A program made the translations under genes and the position numbers. A DNA stretch of 43,915 nucleotides from a virus (taxonomy: Duplodnaviria > Caudoviricetes), in IMG/VR virus record IMGVR_UViG_3300038808_000006, positions 1-43,915 of that record; one strand, given 5' to 3'. Positions 27,049 through 36,021 of the stretch are shown here, in pieces. Position 1 is the stretch's first letter. The number at the start of each line of letters is the position of its first letter. The notes beneath the pieces are model-generated. The model was not told the DNA's origin and ran no database searches. It saw only the letters and a list, made by a program, of their open reading frames with translations.

Positions 27049-28433
27049 GGACGGCCCTCAGTCTCCAGAGCTACCGCCATCGCTCGCTCCCGGTCTCTGC
27101 CCAAAGGCTGGTCAATTTGTTCACCGAGGCACAGCCGGACGGCGCCAAGAGCAAGGCGGCGCTCCTGCCCACGCCGGGGCTGCGCCTTCGGACGGAGCTT
27201 GATACGGGTCCGGTGCGCGCCCTGTTCTCCATGGGTGACGCGCTGGTGGTGGTCTATGGCCCGCACGTGGCCAGCATCAGCCGCGGCGGCACCATCCAGT
27301 ATTTCGGCCGCATCGCGCCGGGCTGGGCGCGGGTGGAATGGGCCACGGACGGCTATCAGGCGGTGATCTGCACCCCGGCGTCCGGCGAGGTATGGCTGAT
27401 CAAGGAGGGGGCCATGAGCCGCCTCGTCCTGGACTTCCAGGTGGTCAGTCTCGACTACGTGGGGGGCTTCTTCGTTTATGCGGAGCTGAATTCCTCCACC
27501 TTCTGGGTCTCTGACGTGGGCGACGCCGCGACCGTCAACGGGCTCGCCTTCGCCAATGCGGACCGCACGCCGGACAACATCGTGGCGGTGCGGAATGTCG
27601 GCGGCGACCTGTGGATCTTCGGCAGCACCTCGCTGGAGGTCTGGAGCAACCAGGGGCTGGTCCCGGAGCCCTTCGTGCCGATCACGGGGGCCTTCGCCAT
27701 GCGGGGATGCGCCAACGCCGCCACGATCGCGACGCATCAGGCGGGCGTGTTCTGGCTGGGCGACGACCGGGTGACGTACCGGAACAACGGCTATCAGCCG
27801 GTGGCGGTCAGCACCGCGGCGATCAACCAGGCCGTGGCCGGCTACAGCCGGATCGACGATGCCGCCGCTTGGATCCACGAGGCCGAGGGGCACGTCTTCT
27901 ACGTCCAGACCTTCCCGACCGGAGGCGTCACCTGGGTCTATGACCTGACGACGCAGCTCTGGCACGAGCGGGCGAGCCGGGACTATCCGGGGTGGCGCTG
28001 CATCTGCGGCGCGGCCTTCGCCGGGCAGGCTTTGGGCGGCGATGCGGTGACCGGGCAGATCTGGATCATCGACCCGACCGCGGGCACCGAGGACGGAACG
28101 GAGATCAGCCGGCTTGCCACCGGCAGCGTCACCTACAACGAGGGCAAGCGCCTGTTCTTCGCCTCGATCGAGGCCGACATGGAAACGGGCAGCGCGCCAG
28201 CCACGGGGCAGGGGAGCGATCCCCGCGTGTGGCTCCGCTGGTCGGACGATGCCGGCCGCACGTGGTCGGATGAGCGCTGGGCCAGCCTGGGCCGGCAGGG
28301 CGCCTATGCCACGCGCGCCCGCTGGAGCCGCCTTGGCGCGGCGCGGAACCGGGTGTTCCAGATCGGCTACTCCGATCCGGTGCCCACGTCGCTGAGCGCG
28401 GTCAACATCGAGGTCGAGCCGGGGGACGCCTGA
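27045..28433 (+). CDS. Packaged DNA stabilization/tail hub protein, P22 gp10-like
   Basis: RLVNLF, PTPGL, TWVYDLTTQLWHER, LRWSDDAGRTWS...G-x-x-G-x-Y-x-x-R; TTG start. Confidence 0.82.
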   Translation: MRTALSLQSYRHRSLPVSAQRLVNLFTEAQPDGAKSKAALLPTPGLRLRTELDTGPVRALFSMGDALVVVYGPHVASISRGGTIQYFGRIAPGWARVEWATDGYQAVICTPASGEVWLIKEGAMSRLVLDFQVVSLDYVGGFFVYAELNSSTFWVSDVGDAATVNGLAFANADRTPDNIVAVRNVGGDLWIFGSTSLEVWSNQGLVPEPFVPITGAFAMRGCANAATIATHQAGVFWLGDDRVTYRNNGYQPVAVSTAAINQAVAGYSRIDDAAAWIHEAEGHVFYVQTFPTGGVTWVYDLTTQLWHERASRDYPGWRCICGAAFAGQALGGDAVTGQIWIIDPTAGTEDGTEISRLATGSVTYNEGKRLFFASIEADMETGSAPATGQGSDPRVWLRWSDDAGRTWSDERWASLGRQGAYATRARWSRLGAARNRVFQIGYSDPVPTSLSAVNIEVEPGDA

Positions 28434-28807
28434 TGCCCATGCAGCGCGGGTCCAACCCGCCTCCGCTGGCTGATGCGCTGGTGGGGGCGGATCGCACGCT
28501 CACGCCCAACTGGCGGGTGTGGCTGGACATGCTGGGCAAGCGCCTGCTGGGCAGCGCCACGATCACCGAGGCGGCCGGCGGCGAGACGCTGGCGGCAGGC
28601 GACGTGGCGGTGGTGGAGGTGACGGACCCGGCGATCCTGGCCGGCGCCTTCGCGGTTGCCAGCTACGTGCCGCTGCCTGCCGACGTGTCCGTGTCCGCCT
28701 CCGTGTCCAGCGCCGGCACCGTCCGCGTCTGGTTCCGCAACGAGGGCGCATCGCCCGTCACCGTGCCAGCCGGCACGCTTCGCATTCGCCTGGAGGCGCC
28801 GTCATGA
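28433..28807 (+). CDS. Putative small tail protein
   Basis: Coupled ORF between gp10-like and ejection genes. Confidence 0.6.
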   Translation: MPMQRGSNPPPLADALVGADRTLTPNWRVWLDMLGKRLLGSATITEAAGGETLAAGDVAVVEVTDPAILAGAFAVASYVPLPADVSVSASVSSAGTVRVWFRNEGASPVTVPAGTLRIRLEAPS

Positions 28808-29910
28808 GCTTCAGTTGGACCGGCCTGGCCGGTGCCGGCCTGTCCGCCGCCGCCTCGATCTACGCGGCCAACCAGCAGTCGGAGGCCGCCAAGCAGGCTG
28901 CTGCCGCCACGACGCAGGCTGCCCAGCTTCAGAGCAACACCGCCGCCCAGAACCTCGCCGCGCAGCAGAGCGCGTTCGATCAGGCGTCGGGGTATGTGGC
29001 GAACGGCCTGGACCGTGCCGCCGGTTACTACGACGGCGGGCTGAGCCAGAGCCAGAACTTCCTGAACACCTACTACCCGCAGGCGCAGAGCGTCGTGGGG
29101 CAGGGCACGGACGCGGCACTCGGCTACCAGACGCAGGGCACGCAGAACGCGCTGAACTCGCTGTGGGGCGGGATCGGCAGCGCGCAGCAGGCCCTGACGG
29201 CGCGCACCGATGCCGGCATGTCGCAGCTCAACCCGTACCAGACTTCCGGGCAGACGGCGCTGAACAACCTCGCGGACCCGCAGGCCAACTACCAGCAGTC
29301 CGCCGGCTATCAGTACCAGCTCGATCAGGCGCAGAAGGCGGTTCAGGGGTCGGCCGCATCGCGCGGGATGCTGCGCTCCGGGAACACGCTGTCGGCGCTC
29401 CAGTCGAACGCGCAGGGGCTGGCGGCCCAGGATTACAACAATTGGGTGAACCAGCAGACGCAGCAGGCGCAGCTCGGGCTGACGGCCTCCAGCACGGCGG
29501 CGGGGTTGCAGAACTCGGCCGGGCAGACGGCGGCCAACCTGTACGGGACGGCGGGAACCCAGGCCGCGAACCTGACCCAGGCCGGGGCGCAGAACCAGGC
29601 GGCGCTGGCGCAGGGCGGCACGAACTCGCTGGCGAACCTGATTTCGCAGCAGGGCGTGGGGCTGTCGAGCCAGAACACGGCCGCGGCGAACAATCTGGCG
29701 AGCCTGTACAACAACACCGGTCTGTCGCTGGCCAACCTCGCGTCTGGCTACGGCAACACCGTGTCCAGCACGAACACCAATCTGGCGAATGCGCTGGCGT
29801 CGCTGACGCAGCAGCAGGGGCAGATTTCGGCGGCGGGGACGGTGGGGAGTGCTAATGCTCTGACCAGTGGTGTCAACAACGCGCTGAGCACCTATCTGAG
29901 GTATAGCTGA
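28804..29910 (+). CDS. DNA ejection (pilot) protein, gp7/gp20-like
   Basis: Hydrophobic G/A N-terminus; PYQTSG, GYQYQL, AASRGMLRSG; Q/N/A-rich LANL repeats. Confidence 0.75.
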   Translation: MSFSWTGLAGAGLSAAASIYAANQQSEAAKQAAAATTQAAQLQSNTAAQNLAAQQSAFDQASGYVANGLDRAAGYYDGGLSQSQNFLNTYYPQAQSVVGQGTDAALGYQTQGTQNALNSLWGGIGSAQQALTARTDAGMSQLNPYQTSGQTALNNLADPQANYQQSAGYQYQLDQAQKAVQGSAASRGMLRSGNTLSALQSNAQGLAAQDYNNWVNQQTQQAQLGLTASSTAAGLQNSAGQTAANLYGTAGTQAANLTQAGAQNQAALAQGGTNSLANLISQQGVGLSSQNTAAANNLASLYNNTGLSLANLASGYGNTVSSTNTNLANALASLTQQQGQISAAGTVGSANALTSGVNNALSTYLRYS

Positions 29911-31856
29911 TGAGCTGGACCCTGCCGCAGGTCACGGTTCCGGACTTCGGGGCGACGATCGACGCCGCGCAGGCCTACAAGCGGAACGCGCTGGCCGAGA
30001 TGATGGCGCGCAAGCAACTCTCGAACCAGGACGCCTACCAGCAGGCCCTCCAGACGGCGGCGCCGGGGCTGAGCAGCGACGATCCCACCGCGCGCAGGAA
30101 CGCCTTGGCCGACCTGATGCGCGCCGGCCCCGAGGGCGCCAAGCTGGCCCTCCCGCTGCTCCAGCAGGAGCGGGAACAGGCCATGATCGGCAGCATCATG
30201 GGCGGTGGCGCGGCGGTGGCGCAGCAGCCGACGGGACAGCCTGCGCAGGGCGGCGGACAGCAGCCGCCGGCCGGTAACGGCTGGATGGATCGGCTGACCC
30301 AGGACGAGAGCGGCGGCAACCCAAATGCGGCCAATCCACGCTCCAGCGCCCGCGGTTCGCTCCAGTTCATCGACGGGACGTGGCTGAAGTTCGCCCAGGC
30401 TCGGCCGGACCTGTTCCAGGGTATGAGCCGGGATCAGATCCTGGCGGCACGCGCCAACCCCGGTCTCCAGCGGATCGCCGGGGAGTGGTATGCCCAGCAG
30501 AACGCCCAGGATCTCCAGTCCTCGGGCTATCAACCAACGCCCATCAACCTGGCGCTGTCCCATCGCTTCGGCTCGGGCGGTGCGAAGGCGATCCTTGGCG
30601 CCCAGCCCGGTACACCGATTGAGCAGGTGGTCGGTCCCGAGGTCGTGGCAGCAAACCCTGATCTCAAGGGCCGGACGACCGGCAATGTCGTAGCGCAGTA
30701 CGCCCAGCGGTTCGGTGATGCCTCGGCTGCGCCCACCCAGCAGGCATCCGCGCAGCCGGCGGGGGAGAGCCCGGACGCTCTGCGCCAGCGGGCCACGCAG
30801 CTTCGCTTGATCCCGAACCAGGGGGCACAGGCGTTGGCCAACAGCATGGAGCAGAGGGCGCAGGCGCTGGAGCAGCGGCAGTTCCAGTTGTCGCAGGCGC
30901 AGGCGGCCGTGGCGGCCCGGCGGGAGGATGCGCAGGCGCGCACCACGGAACGCCGGCAGGACATGGATGAGCGCGCCCGCGTCCGCCGCGAGGATCAGGA
31001 AATCCGGCGGCAGGAGCGGCTGGAGGACCGCGGCAACGCGAACCCGACCTACGGCAACAGCCTGGAGGGCCGGGCGCTCGGCGTCGTGGAAGACCTGTCG
31101 GACAAGATCCGGTCGGGCCAGGCCACGGCGGATGAGGTGCGGCGCTACCAGTCCTCCGTGGCAGTCCTCCAGCAGGAGAAGATCGCGCCGGACGGAACCC
31201 GGATCACGCCGCGCCTGCCGGGCTACGCCCCTGGGCAGGATGAGGTACAGCGGTTGTATGGTCCGAAGGGGCCGGCGCAGGCTGCGGCCGCTCCAGGGGC
31301 TACGGCGCCTGGGCTGCCCACGGCATCCGGCGGCGTGCAGGAGGGCACCAAGACGGCGCCCGAGAGCGCGCAGAAGGGAATGCTGGAGAACGTCCAGGGC
31401 ATCGGGAAGATCGAGCGCGCGCTGGCGGCAGTCGAAAAAGCCCCTGGGGCAACCGGCACCGTGGCCGGGCTGCTGAATTCCATCCCCGGCGGCGTGGCGG
31501 ACAACTGGAGCCCCAAGGAGAGCGTGGATGCCCGCGCGGCCATCGCTGATGTCGGGTCTATCGTCATCTACGACCGGTCTGGCGCAGCGGTCACGGCCTA
31601 CGAGTTCCCCCGACTGCGTCCGTTCATCCCGGCGGTGTCGGACAGCCCCGAGGTGGTCAAGACCAAACTCCAGCGGTTCAAGCAGGAGTACCAGTCGATC
31701 TTGCGGGACCAGTACGAGTTCTACGGCCCCGGGCAGGGCTACCGCCAGTTGCCGGTGGTGGAGCAGGCGCTGGGCGGGGTTGGCGGCAAGTCCAGCGCCA
31801 GCACTGATAGCGGCGCCTCCAACCCGCTTGGTCTCAAACTCCCCGGAAAGGGCTAG
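29910..31856 (+). CDS. Ejection protein with lytic transglycosylase-like domain
   Basis: ESGGNPNAANPRSSARGSLQFIDGTW...LSHRFG-x-GGA. Confidence 0.78.
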   Translation: MSWTLPQVTVPDFGATIDAAQAYKRNALAEMMARKQLSNQDAYQQALQTAAPGLSSDDPTARRNALADLMRAGPEGAKLALPLLQQEREQAMIGSIMGGGAAVAQQPTGQPAQGGGQQPPAGNGWMDRLTQDESGGNPNAANPRSSARGSLQFIDGTWLKFAQARPDLFQGMSRDQILAARANPGLQRIAGEWYAQQNAQDLQSSGYQPTPINLALSHRFGSGGAKAILGAQPGTPIEQVVGPEVVAANPDLKGRTTGNVVAQYAQRFGDASAAPTQQASAQPAGESPDALRQRATQLRLIPNQGAQALANSMEQRAQALEQRQFQLSQAQAAVAARREDAQARTTERRQDMDERARVRREDQEIRRQERLEDRGNANPTYGNSLEGRALGVVEDLSDKIRSGQATADEVRRYQSSVAVLQQEKIAPDGTRITPRLPGYAPGQDEVQRLYGPKGPAQAAAAPGATAPGLPTASGGVQEGTKTAPESAQKGMLENVQGIGKIERALAAVEKAPGATGTVAGLLNSIPGGVADNWSPKESVDARAAIADVGSIVIYDRSGAAVTAYEFPRLRPFIPAVSDSPEVVKTKLQRFKQEYQSILRDQYEFYGPGQGYRQLPVVEQALGGVGGKSSASTDSGASNPLGLKLPGKG

Positions 31857-31858
31857 GA

Positions 31859-33967
31859 ATGGCTGACCGCGATTTCTCCCAGGCGGCGTCCCTCAATGAA
31901 GGGATGCGCGGCCGGATGGTGGATGCGCTCTATCAGAAGTCCTATGCCAACCTGCTGTCGCGTGAAGACTACGAGAAGCAGGTAGCGGGGAAGTCGGACT
32001 ACGAAATCGCGGACGCTTTCTATGGCCAGTTCCATGCCAGCGGCGATGGCCAGATGCCGCGCTCCGACTTCAACCAGCAGGTCGGCCTGACCTCCGCGTC
32101 CGGCTCCACCCAGAACGCCATCGCGTCCGGCATGACTTTCGGACTGATGGACGAGGCGGCGGGCGTCGGTGCCGGCGTGGGGTCGTTCCTGCGGGGCGAG
32201 GGGTTCGGCAAGGGCTACTCCGACCAGACCCGCGTTCAGCGCGAAAACGCCGAAATCTACCGCCAGAACAACCCATACCTGGGGGCCGGCATGGAGGTGG
32301 CGGGCGGCCTTGTGACCGGAGGCCCGGCGCTGGCACGCGGTGGCGCTGCTGTCGCGGGGGCTACGCCATCCGCCGGTCGCACCGTCGCGACCGCAGCCGG
32401 CATGGGCGCGGCGCAGGGGGCGGGACAGGGCGAAGGGCTGGAGGACCGGCTGACCGGTGCCGGGGTTGGCGCGGCCCTGGGCGCGGGCATGGCGGCCATT
32501 GCCCCTCTGGCCATCCGGATCGGCGGCGGCGCCATCGGCAAGGCCATGCAGGCGACCGGGCTGGCCAACGACGACGCGACCGCCTCCCGCCTCCTGCTCA
32601 AGGCACTGGAGGATGACGGCATGACGCCGCGGCAGGCGGTGGAGCGCCTGACGGCCTGGCAGCGGGAGGGAGCCAAGCCGGAAACGCTGTTCGACATCGG
32701 CGGCGAGAACACCCGGCGGCTGGCCCGCGCCGCCGCAGGCCGCACCGGGCCGGGCACGGATCGGGCGGTGACGATGCTGGCCGAGCGGCAGGCGGACCAG
32801 GCCGGGCGCGTGGCTGGCGACGTGCAGCAGCACCTGGGCCAGAACGCCGACGACTTCTTCACGCAGCGCAGCGACCTGCTCCAGAAGCGGGCGCAGGATG
32901 CGGCACCGCTGTACGAGAAGGCGTTTGACCGCGACGTGCAGATGACGCCGGAACTGAATGCGGCGCTGCAATCCCCCCGGATCAGGCAGGGGCTGGAGCG
33001 CGGCAGGCAGATCCAGCGCGACGAGAACACGGCCCGGGTACTGCGCGGGGAAGACCCCATCAAGATCGACGATCAGGCCATCCGGATCGGACAGGACGGG
33101 CTGCCTGAGGTCATCGCTGTGCCGCGCATGCGGACGCTGGATGCGGCGAAGCGAGGGCTGGACGATCTGCTGGAGGCGTATCGGGACAAGACGACCGGGC
33201 GGCTTGTGCTGGATGGCGAAGGACGGGCCATCGAGGAAATCCGGAGTGCCATGGTGTCGGCGCTGGACAAGGCTAACCCTGACTACGCGGCTGCGCGCGC
33301 GGCATGGGGCGGCCCGACCGGCTCGATGGACGCTATGGCACGCGGACGAACCATCTTCTCGATGCGGGACGCGGAAACAGCCAAACTGGCAGCCGAGGCG
33401 CGGAAGAACCCCGGTGATGCCGAGTTCTTCCGCCTGGGTGTGGCGCAGGCCATCCAGGAGCGGGTGGCACAGGGGGCAGACGGGACCGATGCCGTCAAGG
33501 CAATCTTCGGTTCGCCGGCCAAGCGGGCGTTGCTTCGGGCGTCCTTCCCGGATCAGGCCAGCTACGATGCCTTCGTTGGGGCCATGCGGCGCGAGGCTGC
33601 GATGTACAAGAACGGGCAGTTCGTGAACCCGAGGACCGGATCGCAAACGGCAAACAAGATGGCGGACGACCAGGACTTCAGCGGGCAGGCGCTGACCTTC
33701 GCGGCCGATGCGGCGGCGGGCGGCCTTCGCGGCGCCGTCTGGAACGCCGGCCAGCGGGCGCTGTCCCAGGCGCGTGGGATGACGCCAGAGGTGTCCAACG
33801 CCCTGGTGCAGCGGCTGTTCACCTCGGAACCGGAGCAGATCGTCAACACCCTGCGCCATCTCGGCACGACGCGGGTGCGGAACGCGCTGGCCCAGCGGGA
33901 GGCGATGCGCAGGGCAGGGCGGATCTACCCGGCCTTGACCAGTGGGATTATGGCCGAGAAGGAATGA
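31859..33967 (+). CDS. Large DNA ejection protein (gp16 position)
   Basis: GMTFGLMDE, Gly/Ala membrane segments, helical C-terminal region; synteny. Confidence 0.72.
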   Translation: MADRDFSQAASLNEGMRGRMVDALYQKSYANLLSREDYEKQVAGKSDYEIADAFYGQFHASGDGQMPRSDFNQQVGLTSASGSTQNAIASGMTFGLMDEAAGVGAGVGSFLRGEGFGKGYSDQTRVQRENAEIYRQNNPYLGAGMEVAGGLVTGGPALARGGAAVAGATPSAGRTVATAAGMGAAQGAGQGEGLEDRLTGAGVGAALGAGMAAIAPLAIRIGGGAIGKAMQATGLANDDATASRLLLKALEDDGMTPRQAVERLTAWQREGAKPETLFDIGGENTRRLARAAAGRTGPGTDRAVTMLAERQADQAGRVAGDVQQHLGQNADDFFTQRSDLLQKRAQDAAPLYEKAFDRDVQMTPELNAALQSPRIRQGLERGRQIQRDENTARVLRGEDPIKIDDQAIRIGQDGLPEVIAVPRMRTLDAAKRGLDDLLEAYRDKTTGRLVLDGEGRAIEEIRSAMVSALDKANPDYAAARAAWGGPTGSMDAMARGRTIFSMRDAETAKLAAEARKNPGDAEFFRLGVAQAIQERVAQGADGTDAVKAIFGSPAKRALLRASFPDQASYDAFVGAMRREAAMYKNGQFVNPRTGSQTANKMADDQDFSGQALTFAADAAAGGLRGAVWNAGQRALSQARGMTPEVSNALVQRLFTSEPEQIVNTLRHLGTTRVRNALAQREAMRRAGRIYPALTSGIMAEKE

Positions 33968-34139
33968 CCAGCCCCAGGGGGTTGGAACACCTCTCCCGCT
34001 GGGCGGCGGTGAAGCCCGGATCGTCGCAGGAGTTCACCTGCACGATGGGGCAGGACATCGCCTCCCAGCGTTGCCAGCCGACGAAGACAAGGCCGACCAG
34101 GATGGCCCAGGCCCACCAGGGGGTATCGCTTAGCGGCAT
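33948..34139 (-). CDS. Small membrane protein
   Basis: PWWAWAILVGLVFVGW TM plus three Cys; overlaps end of upstream lipoprotein gene. Confidence 0.5.
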   Translation of the reverse strand: MPLSDTPWWAWAILVGLVFVGWQRWEAMSCPIVQVNSCDDPGFTAAQRERCSNPLGLVIPSRP

Positions 34140-34477
34140 GTCGTGGTTTGCGCGACGTAAGGGTTACCGAACGTTGGCGGCGTGGTGCAGGTGATGGTTC
34201 GTTGTGGATCAACCGGCGCCACACGAAGTCGCTGCACCTGGACAGGAGCCGGCCAGGGTTCAGCCAGAATGGCCGCGCGTGCAGCAGCCCTGGACTGTTC
34301 ATAGGCCACCAATAGCCTCTGGAAGCACGCCGGATACCCCGCCGATCCGGGCGGCGTGCCGCCTTTGACACACGCGGCCTCAGCCCTCTCCTCAGATGAG
34401 GGTGGCTCAAGCGGGATGTCACACCCCGCCACCACCAAACAAGCAACCAGGGAACCCACGATGGGAACTCGTCTCAA
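34130..34477 (-). CDS. Putative lipoprotein moron (115 aa)
   Basis: TTG start at 34477 with GGAGG RBS; MRRVPIVGSLVACLVVAG-C lipobox. Confidence 0.65.
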   Translation of the reverse strand: MRRVPIVGSLVACLVVAGCDIPLEPPSSEERAEAACVKGGTPPGSAGYPACFQRLLVAYEQSRAAARAAILAEPWPAPVQVQRLRVAPVDPQRTITCTTPPTFGNPYVAQTTTCR

Positions 34478-35195
34478 CTCGCCGCGCCTCCAGGTGGCGG
34501 ACGCGCTCGGCCGTCCGCTTGCAGGGGCGAAACTGTACTCATTCCTCGCGGGAACTTCCACTCCTGCGAGCACCTTCTCCAACAGCGCGGAGAGTATCGC
34601 GAACCCCAACCCGGTGGTGGCCGATGCGGCGGGTTATTTCGGGGATATCTTCCTGGCCAGCGGGCAAATCTACAAATTCCGCCTGGACGACGCCTCCGGG
34701 AACACGATCTGGACGGCCGACAACGTGACCGATCGGCTGCCCTATCTGGACCCCACCACCGGGCTGATCCAGCGGTCCCTGATCCCGTCCCCGCCTCGCG
34801 CACTGCTCCTGCTGAGCACCCCTGTCGCGATCCCCAACAACGCCAACACGGTGATCCCCTGGAACATGCTGGGGGCGGACGATGGCGGCTACACCGGCAG
34901 CCTGCCCGTGACGGGCTTCTCGGCGCCGCAGGATGGCGCCTACACGGTGGTGCTGAATGTCCAGTGGGACACGACCAGCAGCAGCGGAACCCGCATCGTC
35001 GCGATCAACGTCGCGGGGCTGAACCAGGCCATGAGCACGATCAACGCCACGGCGGGCACGTGTTCGCAGTCGGTGGTCTGGCACGGCGGGATGCTCCAGG
35101 GCCACATCGCCTCGGCCGTCGTCGCGCAGTCGAGCGGCGGCAGCCTGAACGTCACCCAGGCCGCGGCGAGCAACTTCGCCATCATCAAGCACTGA
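34461..35195 (+). CDS. Tail fibre/spike with virion-attachment N-domain and C1q-like C-domain
   Basis: GRPLAGAKLY-x-F-x-AGTSTP...NPNPVVADAAG; FSAPQDGAY-x-V. Confidence 0.75.
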   Translation: MGTRLNSPRLQVADALGRPLAGAKLYSFLAGTSTPASTFSNSAESIANPNPVVADAAGYFGDIFLASGQIYKFRLDDASGNTIWTADNVTDRLPYLDPTTGLIQRSLIPSPPRALLLLSTPVAIPNNANTVIPWNMLGADDGGYTGSLPVTGFSAPQDGAYTVVLNVQWDTTSSSGTRIVAINVAGLNQAMSTINATAGTCSQSVVWHGGMLQGHIASAVVAQSSGGSLNVTQAAASNFAIIKH

Positions 35196-35205
35196 GGCGC
35201 CCGGC

Positions 35206-35613
35206 ATGTACTGGTCGGCTTGGCCGCACGTCGCCGTATCCGGCGCGCAGGAGAACTGCCTGTCCGAAATCGCCAGGGCCGCAGGTCAGGCGGATGGCAT
35301 GTCCGTCGTGTTCGTGCGTCCCGACCTGTTCGTGAAGGGCGTCACGCAGGCGGCGCTGGAGACCGCGGCGGTGCAGTCCTACAGCCCGCCGCCGGGCATC
35401 ACCTACAAGTCGGACGTGTGGCGCCGGATGACGGATGCCGAGGCCGAGACGCTGGCCGGGTTGCTGGCATCGGCCCCGGCTAGGCAGCGCGAGCTGTTCG
35501 CGTCGATTGCCTACATAGACCCGTCCGACACCGACTACCCGATGTTGCGCGACCCCGTGGTTGCCGCGCTCGGTGAGGAACGCGCTGCCGTCGTGCTGGC
35601 GCCCTCCACCTAA
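35206..35613 (+). CDS. Hypothetical protein, possible tail-fibre chaperone
   Basis: YKSDVWRRMTDAE...LGEERAAVVLA; follows fibre gene. Confidence 0.6.
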   Translation: MYWSAWPHVAVSGAQENCLSEIARAAGQADGMSVVFVRPDLFVKGVTQAALETAAVQSYSPPPGITYKSDVWRRMTDAEAETLAGLLASAPARQRELFASIAYIDPSDTDYPMLRDPVVAALGEERAAVVLAPST

Positions 35614-35690
35614 CAGCCCCTTCCATCACTGAGCTTACCCAACTTGCAGGCATCCGTCTGCGAGGTGGCGCCGCTCGTCTGGAGTAGTTC

Positions 35691-36020
35691 ATGGCTTACG
35701 ACGTGAATGGTCTTCGCTCACTCGCGACATCTCCGGTTCAGCAAGTTTTCGCCTACGAAAGCCGCCAAGACACGCTGCTGGCCATCGAAGCTGATGGCTA
35801 CTTCAATCAGCTTGGGTCGGTAGCTCGGCCAGGAGACATCGTGTCGATTGAAGCCTCGGACGGCACTGATGTTGTCCGGCTTCTGATCGATGTCACCGGC
35901 ACGACACGTGTTGAAAGTGTCAACCTTGTCGTCCTTCCGAACGGTCAGCTTGCGATCACCGATGCGGCAGGAAACTACCTGACCGATGGCGCGGGCAACA
36001 TTCTCACCATTGGAGCTTGA
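35691..36020 (+). CDS. Hypothetical protein, possible capsid decoration/adaptor
   Basis: D-T-x6-DGYFN...GDIV; GGAG RBS; lower GC3 than neighbours. Confidence 0.6.
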   Translation: MAYDVNGLRSLATSPVQQVFAYESRQDTLLAIEADGYFNQLGSVARPGDIVSIEASDGTDVVRLLIDVTGTTRVESVNLVVLPNGQLAITDAAGNYLTDGAGNILTIGA

Positions 36021-36021
36021 T

